Assembly (NCBI RefSeq): GCF_030144855.1
Contig: NC_082707.1
Span: 154,132,001 to 154,196,000 of the forward strand
Direction of reading: 5' to 3'
DNA from: Hypanus sabinus
Taxonomy: Eukaryota
Length of the DNA: 64,000 nt
In this document: positions 49,736-61,064 of the stretch, piece after piece
Layout: each line of letters opens with the position of its first letter
Position numbering within the stretch: position 1 is the stretch's first letter
Made by a program: the position numbers and the translations under genes
The notes under the pieces: model-generated
What the model was told of the DNA's origin: nothing
The model's input: only the letters and a program-made list of their open reading frames with translations
Databases searched by the model: none

Positions 49736-51024
49736 TAGTGCAAAAAGAGAATAAAGAAGTGAGGTAGTGTGAATGAGTTAATGTATTTTAAACTCATATA
49801 CTTTCATTACTTTATAAATAATATAATTTGTGCCCCCATCAAGAACTGGTTTAGCTTTCTTTTGAAGGCAGACAGGACGACAGCTCCAATTACACCAGGG
49901 AACACCACATTCCAAGGACTCACTGGTCCATTAGACAAACTGCGTAACTTAGATGGAGACACACGAGAATGCACACACTGGAGCCTGGAACTATAAACAA
50001 TCTGCCGGAGGAACTCAGCAGGTTGGGCAGAGATGCTGCGTGACCTGCTCAGTTCTTCTAGCAGATTGTTATGTTTCCTGATTACTGAATTGAATGTAGT
50101 TAAATTTTGTCTCTCTTTTATGTAACATGAACATATCTACAGAACACAGGTAGGACATTGTTTAGAATTAAGTAGTCAAGATTTACTTCTATCACATGTC
50201 ACATTCCATTAATCAAAATTAATTACTAAAACTTACTCCAAATTTTATGTAAAAGTCTTCAATATATGAAAATATGCAAGTAGGATTTTAATACAAGTTT
50301 CCAAATAATTCTAAAACACCTCATAATTCAATTAATGATCAGGGCTGCCTATCAACATTAAACTACCACTGTGGCATGACAAGTTCCTGATTCAACCTAA
50401 TAAAGAATGCTTTCAAATAAAACAAAGCTGTGTTAACGTGGCCTCTTACTTGTACTGAAAATTCTAGTCTCCATTTAAGAGAAATGTTAAAAATGGTCAG
50501 TTTCTTATTAATCCACAACCACGATAATGAATACAGACTATAATCACACTTAAAAGCATTGCTGGGAATACTAATAGTCAGGGTCATAATGCATCAGCAC
50601 TGAAGGTTTGTGAGATGGAGTGGTAGCTACAGTTTAACAAATTAGTATTTTTGACACAGTGGAGAAAACAATGGTTCAACTACTTTATTGCATTTTACCG
50701 TTAAGGATTTCACAAGTCATAAAGGTACATGGCAATTGTGACTGCTCACATTTGTATTAAATGACATCCCACTAAATTACCAAACAAATGAGATCCTTAG
50801 TGTACATTCTTGTTTACAAATATTATAACCATTTTTGGCATTGTTGAAAATATTTGTTAAATAAACCCAAGAAACAAACAAGCTTCTACCTGAACCAGCA
50901 CCAGTCTAAAACATTCTTATAACAGTGGCACAATGGAACTGCTTTCACACTTCCATTCTGGAAAGGAAAGCAAAGTGATGCATCAAAGTTTGACAGGAAG
51001 GACACAGGGACATACGTGCATGTG

Positions 51025-51062
51025 CACGCACACACACACACACACACATATATACACACACA
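51025..51062. repeat. Interrupted (CA)n microsatellite in the probable DAAM1 3' UTR
   Basis: Visible directly in the sequence. Confidence 0.85.
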
Positions 51063-52456
51063 TTCGCAAACACAGAGTCAGATCTATGCTTTTATTGTGT
51101 TCTCACTCTTTACAGGACCAATCAGAACACTTACTTCCCCTAGCCAATAGTTTAAACTGTACAGTGTCCAAACAATTTTAAAACAAAACATCAAGAGCCA
51201 GAATAAGAAAAGTAAGAGTGAGCCCTATTCATAAACACAAACCTGTTTGCAGGCACTTTGGTTACGGAGAAAGGCTCATTGGTTGTTACCAAATGAATGC
51301 TTTACAATTTGGCTAGAAAATTTGATGTATTTGCTACAGTATTTGAATATATATTATGTTTGAAACCACTTTCCAAATACGCCCAAATACAAATAGGCTG
51401 TAGATTTCGATTGTCCTTAATTATTCACACAGCCTATTTATAATAACCATTTTCAGACTGTAATTGCCAGTTAATTAGATAGACATTGAATGTCATTTGT
51501 TATTCAAGTTTCAAGTACACACAGTTTATTTCTTCTTTTAGTCAAAATTCACCACTCTACACGACCCTGCCCTCCCCCCACCCACCCCAACCCTTCCCTA
51601 ATCTCCTCCACCAATATAACTGAATAGAAACACTTCAACTATATTCTGTGTCTGGTTATGGTCCTGCTGTAGAGCTGCCAGCAGCAAGAATAAAGGTTCA
51701 ATTTGTCATTGCCCTTTAGAGAACCCTTTCATCCACATTAATTATGGAATGTTTTATATAAAAACAAAAACGATCTGGATATCACCAAGATAACATCTAT
51801 ATTTGCATTTCCATGATCATACTTACTTTCAGTCATGAAAATAGTTTGAGAAAATGATGTTTAAAATAAAGCATTTTCAAAATAAGAATCATTTTTAAAA
51901 ATGATCAAGGGAAATCACTCAAATCCTTGGAAGCAGGTCAAAAGCCACAGATGTTCAAGGGTCTTCAGAAAAACATACTTAAACTGTTCCTTCTAAACTT
52001 CACTTATTTAAGTCAACACTGTCTTTCCAGCATGCTTTATTCATGTCAGATTCACATCAAAATAATCACCAGTTCTACACATCTCCTTATTGTGTCAGCA
52101 CCATCTTTCATCCATTTGGTAACAGAATGGAGAAGTTGCGATGCAATGCTTACGTAGTGAGGCATTGTGGAAGGATATACTTTTATTACAAAAATCATGG
52201 ACATCTAGTTGTACTCATCTGATGTGCAAATCCTTGGAATGCTCCAATGTTTCCTGTGCTTTAGCACCACATAAAAGTTCTTATTAATAGTGGTGCATGC
52301 AAAACCCAGCTACAAAGTGGAAAAGGGGCCTGCTGTGAAGAGCAGCAGCCACTAATAGGGCCAGTAGGCAGGATAATTGGTGAACAGGATCACAACAGGA
52401 TAGTAACACATAAGTTAGCTGACGCACAGCCATAATTCTGTACTACAGATGATGAC

Positions 52457-52663
52457 TTAGTAGTTGAGCTTCATGGCTGGTCGTTCTCGACTCCCATCTG
52501 TCACTTGGCTGCTGACACGTTTCCGGTTGCGCTTTAGCTTAAAATCTTTATCGAAAACTTCTCCTGAACGTAGAGCTGAAACCAGGTCATCAAATTCTCC
52601 TCCTTCCTCACTGCCTTCTTTTGCTTTCTTTGCTTTCCGCTCTCTTTCTCTTTGTTCTTTAAG
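52457..52663 (-). CDS. DAAM1: Formin DAAM1, last coding exon (DAD domain)
   Basis: Reads [71 protein letters not shown]. Called DAAM1 rather than DAAM2 from sequence and from synteny with GPR135. Confidence 0.93.
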   Translation of the reverse strand, partial: LKEQRERERKAKKAKEGSEEGGEFDDLVSALRSGEVFDKDFKLKRNRKRVSSQVTDGSRERPAMKLNY

Positions 52664-53269
52664 CTAGGATTTAAAAACAGAGAACTTCTTGTGAAAACTG
52701 CCAACTGATTCAACCTGAAAAAACAGACTATCCTCCATGCATTGCACAGATTGTAGAATTCACAGCCAAGTGAATTTAATTACATAAATTACTACTGGAA
52801 GCATCACTTTGCCTCGACAATCACTGAAGGGAAAAGCAGAGAGGCAGAAGAAAGTCATGCCTTAATTAATTTGCACTGGAAGGCGTAGAACAAAACGAGC
52901 TTCTTTTGGAACCAAAATCTAATCATCAATATCCAAATTACGCAATTTATCCATTATAATTGCCATTGTAAAACAAATGGAACCACCATACTGTTTTATA
53001 AACGAGTCTGGTGATGGAAATCTAGCAAATGATAAAACTCGGGGAATACAAGAATATTATGAATGTTTGACAGGAAAGTTGATAAATAACTCCAATAACT
53101 AATATACTTTGATCATACACCCAATTACTTTTTCATGTTCCTAGTATTCCTCTCAAAATAAACCCATGTTTATAGCTATCAAAACTTATTCCAATTTGAA
53201 AACAATAAATTTATAAATGTAACATGTGCAAACTAACAAAATAAAAATTAGGCAACAACACAACATAAA

Positions 53270-53397
53270 TGCAAGAGATTCTGCAGATGCTGCAAATCCA
53301 GAGCAAGACACACACAAAATGCTGGAGGAACTCAGCAGGCCAGCCAGCATCTATGGAAATGAATAAACAGCCAACGTTTCAGGCTGAGATCCTTCAG
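53270..53397 (-). mobile_element. Penelope (Poseidon-type) terminal fragment with truncated hammerhead-like motif
   Basis: The reverse strand reads tgaaggatctcagcctGAAACgttgg, then the family tail catagatgctg..ctgctgagttcctccagcattttgtgt. Confidence 0.6.
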
Positions 53398-53711
53398 AGT
53401 AAATATCAACAAAGCTACTTTCAAATTTAAGTATCCATTACATCCAAATCTTTTTGTTTCCGAATGCACTATTTTATAGAAGACTGATGTCTGCTGTGTT
53501 AATGTCATTACTGCAATCCAATGGCATAAAATGAAGAATATAGGCTAGCCCTGAGAAAATATCCAGATCAATTCAGTTTCAAAAAGGTTTCTACATGGAA
53601 CTTTACATAATCAACCTTTCAAATATTAATTTCCATGAAACTTGCTAACATTTCATTATGTATGCATGCACATTTGGTTTTCTACATATTTAAAAATTCA
53701 TACTGTCTGAC

Positions 53712-53882
53712 CTGTGCTTCCATTTTAGCTCGTCGTTCCTCCTCCTCCTTTTTCCTCCTCATGTTCTCATTTTCCTGTTTGGCCTCTGCAAAAGCTTGGA
53801 GGAACTGATCAAAAATGCCAAAGAACTCATCAGGCTGCATTTTGCCAGTTTCTTCTCCAAAATGCTTTAGAGCTTTATTAAA
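53712..53882 (-). CDS. DAAM1: DAAM1 coding exon (end of FH2)
   Basis: Reads [57 protein letters not shown]. Confidence 0.95.
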
Positions 53883-55853
53883 CTGATTTGTGGAAAAAGA
53901 AACACATAAATTGGGTTACAAGTAAATATACAAATAACAAAAGCATTTATTCAAAAAACATATCCCAGCAGATAAAAATGTTCAAAATAGACTGTTAACT
54001 TTTATTTCCAATCACATATGGGAAAATTATGACAAAACTATAATAATTTATTTCTCAGAGTTCACTTTCAGATATTCAAGCTACAATCTGAAACACTCGT
54101 GCTAGTACAGAATGCCAAGCTAGAATATACTTTTTGAATTGGAATATTATTGTCACATGTACTGAGATACAATGAAAAGCTCATCTTGCACACTGTTCAT
54201 ACAGATCAAATTATTGCACAGTGTGTTGAGGTATAGCAAAGTAAAAACAACAAAAGAATGCAGAATAAAGTGTAACAGTACAGAAAAAGTCCCAGTGCAG
54301 GTAAGCAGTAAGGTCCAGGATCATAATGGGCTAAATTACAAGATCAAGAGTATATCTTATACTAGGGAACTGTTTAATAGTCTTATAAGAGCAGGGTAGA
54401 AACTGCCCTTGAGTTTTTCAATTCTAAAGATATCTACAATTGCACAAACTGAAAAGTTTGCAAGGCACCAAATTTAAGATTTTTGCATTAGCATACATTT
54501 CCCTTTCTCACATAATTTGGTAACTTTTGCTGGAATTTTATCGTTCCTGTCAATGTTATGTTTCCTCAGTCCTCTGATGCAGGTTCAATTATCCAAGGTT
54601 TCACTGACCCCTATACTTTTAAGGAAATACCTCATCATAACCCATCATCTAAATTATGATACAACAGCATCATTTCAGAGTAGCTGGGACCGCAACTACC
54701 CTGACTCACTATCCAATAAAAATAACTCACACATATGTCATTTTTAGTTGTGATATTCAGCAAATATACAGCAATAAACACAAATGCAAACAAAGGACTT
54801 GGATATTAATTAAAGTATAAACTAAGTGGGGTGAGTTATTTTCTGTTTTGAATTTCAGTGTTACTCACTGTTCCTAGTACTCTTCTGATGTTCAACTTAG
54901 TGAGAACCCAATAAAACATTGTACAGAGAGTAGTCTGCAGTGCCCAACAATTTATTTTAGATCATAAAACTGTTGTAAATATTTTACTGGTTAAAAATTT
55001 CATTTGCTAAGTTCCTTTGATGTAGCTCTTTACTTCTTATCATAGTGTTTCACTATTAGTTCCATCTGTACATTATTTTTATGGGTTGAAGTAAACATAT
55101 TCATTTTATTAACCATTGGAACCAGGCAAGTAGTTAATCATTTTAATAATGGATGTATGACCACAGAAATTTCAAAAACACTAGGTAATCAAAAATATTC
55201 ATTACTGGGCTAATTTCTCTTTGGTCGCTGCTAGACATGTTACATAAAAGTCAGTTAAATTCAACCAAATTTCTAACAAAATATAATTTAACAATAAGGA
55301 CAAAGAAGGCAGAATTCAAATGATAAAGGGTAATTTTCAAGCATCACTATTCCTTTTACATTGAATAGTTCTTTTACTGAATTGCCTAGATTTTGACATG
55401 AAATATTATTTCTTTTTTCCTATGTAGACCATCTAGGAAAAGCAGTTTTAATTACCTTAGTACAGAAGCAAGAAATGGAAAATCATTTTTTTGGTACTGA
55501 CTATGCTAACAAATAGCTGACTAAAATCTGACAACAAAAATGGCAGTGTAGTGTAATCCATGCTGGGTCTTAACATGGCACTGTAGGATAGGAGAGTATG
55601 TGACTTCTGCACTTTGATCTCAGATATCCTGCATGGAAGACAGCCAACAATCGGTTGGGAAACACTGAATATTCACCTGTAGTCATGCCAATGCAGAGCA
55701 GGAACAGGATGTTCACTCACACATAGAAATCTGTGCTGAAAAGTGCATGGAAAGACAGCCAGAGAAGATCATGCACTCATGCCCATCAAAGAAGGGATAT
55801 CCCTCAAAAAAGAACTCAAACACAAAAATACATAGAAATGTTGATGCTATTAC

Positions 55854-55985
55854 CAGATCTTTAGCTTCCAACAGAAGATCCTCCACTTCAGAGAAGCTAA
55901 AACTTGCAACGGCAATAAACTGACTGACTACGGAGGCAAACTTGTCACCAGGCTGTGCAGATTGTGACTTTTGATACTCCAGCTC
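55854..55985 (-). CDS. DAAM1: DAAM1 coding exon (FH2)
   Basis: Reads [44 protein letters not shown]. Confidence 0.95.
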
Positions 55986-56084
55986 CTAAAAAAATAATTT
56001 TTAAAAGTAATCTACTGTTTGAACAACAAAAAAGCATTTTTCCTCTCCTCACAGAAATAAAATGTTTAGCTCATTGATGAGAAC

Positions 56085-56750
56085 ATAAGAAATAAGAACA
56101 AGTGAAACATTCACACCCTTAAGCTTATTTTACCACGCAACAAGATCATGGCTGATCTTCTCTGTCAATTTCATCTTCCTGCCCTATCCCCATTTCTCCT
56201 CTATTTTTTTAAGATCCACAACTATTAATCTCTACTTTGAATGGAATCAATGAGCAAGTCTCCAAAGCTTTAATGACCCTCTAGCATAAAGACATTTCAG
56301 CTTATTTCAGTCCTAAATAACCAGCTTCCGGTATTAGACCTCCATATTCAGGACTCCTTAGCTATCTGCACTGTCAACTCTTCCAAACAAAATGAAGATG
56401 CTTCAATGTGGTCACCTCTCATTTGTCTCGTGTCTAGTGATCACAGGCTGAGCCTAATCAACCTCTGCTCATTCGACAGATCCGTCACCTCAGTCTAAAG
56501 AATATTTGTTGTATTTTGTTGAGAGCAAGTATACCCATTCTTTAGTAAGTCTGCCCAAAAAATGTACACAATACTCCAATTGTGGTCTCACCTAACCCTA
56601 GCTAATTATAACAAAACATCTCATACTCAAATCCTCTTGCAAAAAAAGTCAACAAATTAATTGGCCTCTAATTGCCTGCTGCACCTGCATTTTAACTTTC
56701 AGCTGTGTAGAAGGACACCCAGTTCCCTTTGAATATTAATACCAATGTCA
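56085..56750 (-). mobile_element. Old CR1-type LINE 3' remnant
   Basis: Begins with the antisense tail agaacataagaaataag; decayed RT C-terminus. Confidence 0.6.
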
Positions 56751-56989
56751 CTAATTTCCCATCAGCAAGAAAGGCTGGGGGAGGTAGGGCGCAGAGCAGT
56801 GGTGGGGTGCAAAGGGGTAGGGAAAGAGGGGAGGAATAAAGAGGTGGGAGGTAATGGGAGCAGAGCTTTAAGGCCTTCTTGATGGGGTGATAGAAATTTA
56901 TAGGGCCTGGACATTCAAGGTTAAAATGAGGCAGTAAGGGTCAGTGAATTGAAAGCTGTCGAGGAGATACAGAGCGGACGTACTTGGGA

Positions 56990-57600
56990 AAAGAAATCTG
57001 CTGGGGTTCTCTATTGTGTCTGGCGCCCCGAATGTTGCATCAGTCAGACGCAACAGAAACTGGGGTATCTGCTTTGTTGAGCACCTCCACTCCATCCACC
57101 AAAAGCTGAATTTCGCAATGGTCAACCATTTTAATTCCTATCCCCTTCCGACACGTTGGTCCAAGGTCTCCTCTTTTGCCACAATGAGGTCACTCTCAGG
57201 ATGGGGGAGCCATGCCTCATACATGGTCTAGGTAGCCTTCAACCTGATGGCATAAACATCGATTTCTCAAACTTCCAGTAATTTGTTCCCTTCCCTCTTG
57301 CTTCTTTTATTCCCCACTCTGGCCTCTTACCTCTTCTCCTCAACTGCTCATCAGCTAGCTCTGGCTGGTACCCCTCCTTCCCTTTCTCCCAGGATCCACT
57401 CTCCTCTCCCATCAGATTCCTCCTTCTCCAGTCATTTACTTTTCCCACCCACCTGGCTTCACCTCTCACCTTCTAGCTACCCTCCTTCCCCTCCCCCACC
57501 TGTTTATTCATTTCCATAGATGCTTCCTGACCTGCTGAACTCCTCCAGCATTTTGTGTGTGTTGCTCTGGATTTCTAACACCTGCAGAATCTCATGCATT
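56990..57600 (+). mobile_element. Penelope (Poseidon-type) 3' fragment: GIY-YIG C-terminus and UTR
   Basis: FVEHLHSI...VNHFNS and GLGSLQPDGINIDFSNFQ-stop, then a pyrimidine-rich UTR and the same tail as 53270-53397. Confidence 0.75.
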
Positions 57601-58641
57601 TGTAGTAACTAAGATTTAAACATTTCTTTCCTGTGTGACCTCACCATTCTGGCCCACAGCTGTTGCTGAAATCATCACCTTACAAATACAGCGGATTTAC
57701 AAAATAACTGAAAATGGCATTTAACTACTTTTGAAAGACGAGTAGTAGCAGTACAAGATGTTTCCCCTCCTGAATTCCTTTGTCTTTTCCTTGCTGTTGG
57801 CAAAGTGCACAAGGTGCAAAACAAATGCAGTTCATAATCCCTTAACGGCTCCTTTGTAAGCAATCATTTTCAAATATTCTGCACTCACTTCAAATGTTCA
57901 GACACGCAGTCCTACAATACTATAATTAATATTGTGCTCAATTCAATACATTTTATAGTTTTAAAACATAACTGATTATATTCCATATCCACTAAGAACA
58001 GGAATCAAGAAAGTGCTACATTTTTTAAACATTTTGTGTCTCTCAAAACATAGCAAACATCTTAATTAACCAACTAAAGTAACTTCCTTTTCAGAAATAG
58101 CTTCTTAAATGGTATACTGCACTACAATTCAAAGTACTGTAATTCAAGGTTGTAAAAAAAGAAACAGAGTATTTTAAAAAATCTAAATAGTATCATTGTG
58201 TGACTTGCTTTCCTCTTCTTAAATGGCTGTAACAATAGAATTATAGAAGAAAGCCAAGTGAGAACATAATAGCAAATTGGAGGTGACTAATGCGTTTCCT
58301 GTGAGTGAAATGCTGATCACATACAGTGTAAGGTTGTTCCCTTCCACACCACTGTACTGCTCAAGAAAAGGTTTGTACAAATATACAAAAACTGGACCAA
58401 CTTTAAAAGTCGTATTGGAAAGATACAGTATATCTAATAGAAAATCAGGCTGATCCAGTGTAAATTCAAATGCACAATATGGAAAGGAAAAGGCACTTGC
58501 AGTGAAGGAAGGAAGCATGTCTGATGTGAAGGGAAATGGGTGAATACTGATGAATGTGAAGACTTCCCACCCATGCTTCCGTTAAATATATAATAAAAAA
58601 AACACAATCTAACAAAGAAACAGAACACTGGGAATACTTAC

Positions 58642-58702
58642 ATTCTCCACAGCCTTCAGACCACTTCTCAGACTACTGAATTCCTTTTCCAACTCAATCA
58701 AA
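58642..58702 (-). CDS. DAAM1: DAAM1 coding exon (FH2)
   Basis: Reads LIELEKEFSSLRSGLKAVEN; phases match both neighbouring exons. Confidence 0.92.
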
Positions 58703-59732
58703 CTGCAAAACAAAACCACACATCATTGTTAAAGGCACACATTCAAGAGAATAGCTTCTCAATTGTAAACACAAATATGAATTTTAAGCTCATTTTTGTT
58801 TCAAGTAATCTCACTTCTCCAAGGGTAAAGCTTTTGGTCAACATTCTGAAGCAACAGGGGTGAGAAAGACAGCTTCCTTATAAGGATAATGTCAAGATGT
58901 ATTATTATCTTGTAATTTTAAGATTGATTCATTTTCTCAAATTAATATTTTTAATTAGCTAATGAATTTTCAGTTTATCAACTAGACCACAAGGGAGTGG
59001 AAAATGGCTCTGATTAGTTAAAAGCTCCAAATGCTACAAGTCAATGATCTGAGACAAAATTTATTTCAGCCTTTATGAAGTTAGAGAAAGATAAGTGATC
59101 CAAGATGTAGATAGTCTTTACCCCATACCAACTCCACTTCCCCACCTGTGCTTTCAGAGCTCTTGGGGAAACTCCTATAATAAATCCCTTTTCACTTATG
59201 GTCGATGTCACATGTCAAAGCCTATTCTGCACCAACCCTCAAAAGGTTAGCATGCACATAACATCTCTACTACTAATACAGTATAGATAAAGTGTGAACT
59301 ATCCATAGGCTGACATACAGCAAGTCATTAAGTTTCTTGGACAGCACCTCCTAAATCTGTTCACCCAGAATGACAAGGGCAAAGGGTGCACAAAAAAAAA
59401 CCCATCAACTCCACATCACTTACAATCTTAATGTCAGTATCTTACATCGTCACTTTATTGTAGCTAGGGCAAAATTATCTACCTAACAGCAGTGTGAGTG
59501 AGGTCTACCTTCACCACACCTACTACATTTCCATTACCAGCTTTACATTAAGGGATAAAAGAAAAAAGATTTGCTGAATCCCACTCAGCACCTGTAACTC
59601 ACTCACAAAACATGACTGAGAAAAAAAACTGGTAAAAGCCATCGCTGAATTTCAATAATTATTTAATTTCTCAAAGAAATATTAAAGAAGGCTACCTTCT
59701 CACTGAGCACTTATCAAGTATTAAAAACTTAC

Positions 59733-59840
59733 TTTACTTTGGCTGCGTCTGGAACACTCTGTAAATCATCGTGGATGTTCACCACTTTTGAAAATTTCTT
59801 CTCCAAAATTGTAATCAAATAGTGCAAAAGAGTAATATTC
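59733..59840 (-). CDS. DAAM1: DAAM1 coding exon (FH2)
   Basis: Reads [35 protein letters not shown]. Confidence 0.95.
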
Positions 59841-60266
59841 CTTTAACAAAAATGAACAAAAATGAAAGTATTAAATGTTTTTAATCAAAAGTACAATCAA
59901 GAAAAATCAACAATGCATGGTGAATAGTACAGTTCTGACAAAATTTCTTTGACCTGAAACTGCCTGATTTACTGAGTGTTTCTAGCCTTTTTTGTTTCCA
60001 TCTGTTTCATCAAAATGGGTGATACACTTCCCTGACTCTTTATTTTAAAGTGCTCAAAGGATTTGATAGGATCAATACAAAATCTCGATCTTTTGGTTGA
60101 GTTCAAAGTTGGAGGTGGGGTGGAATTAATTTTTCTTCAGTGATAGAAGCACCAAGCCTTTTAAATACAAATTCTGCAAACATATTTTCTCCTCCCATGC
60201 AGTAGAGCTTAACTTTCTACAGGCAGAGCTAGGTTGGGTCAAGTGCCTGAGATTGTTATTAACAGA

Positions 60267-60295
60267 TAATAATAATAATAATAATAATAATATAA
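60267..60295. repeat. (AAT)n microsatellite
   Basis: About 8-9 units. Confidence 0.85.
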
Positions 60296-60720
60296 TTAAT
60301 AACATTGTTATTAGGCAAGAAAATCAATAGAGACTCAGTGAGGCAAGGGCAGATAAATCAGCTGCAATCTAACAGCATGGTAGAACAGTGATTGAATTCC
60401 CAAAATAAAAGTTTTCACAAAAATATTACTTCACAAATTGAAGGTCCATTTCCACAAAGTTCACAAGGCTAAAGAGGTTATTTTACTGATTTTTTAGACT
60501 CAGGAGGACAACTTGCTCCAAGTTTTGAAAATAAACATCAGTCACTGCTTACATTCTTCTTCAGTTTTCATAATAGTCTCTATAGTCAATAAGCATAACA
60601 GACTGAGAAAAATCTTTGAATGCAGTCTAGTTAAAGGAACAGAGAGCAACACTGGTCTTAAAACTGACAGCGTAGCAACATAATTTCATTTCAAAAACCA
60701 CAGGGTTGACAATGCCTTAC

Positions 60721-60889
60721 TTCTCAATACTAGACTTGGTGTCTGCAATCTTGTTCAGACTAGAGAGTCTGAAACCAAAAGCATTGCCTCTTTGTCCCTT
60801 GTTCATGTAATTGCCAAAAGCTAACACCACTTCCAACAGCTGCATCAGATTTTTGCTTTGCAAAACCTCCTTGGAGCTCAGACGAATAG
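60721..60889 (-). CDS. DAAM1: DAAM1 coding exon (FH2, GNYMN motif); upstream exons lie beyond the window
   Basis: Reads [55 protein letters not shown]. Confidence 0.96.
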
Positions 60890-61064
60890 CTAGAAGAAGA
60901 AAAAAAATCATATCGGTGAATTAGATGCAATACACAATATCTCAACGAGATACCATGGATTAAAATTAACTAAGAGCTCGGCAACTTAAATTACAAAACA
61001 AAACTGAAACCAGGCATTAGGTTATTTAAAGCTCCTTCAAATAAATAAAGGAGTAAAATAGAGA

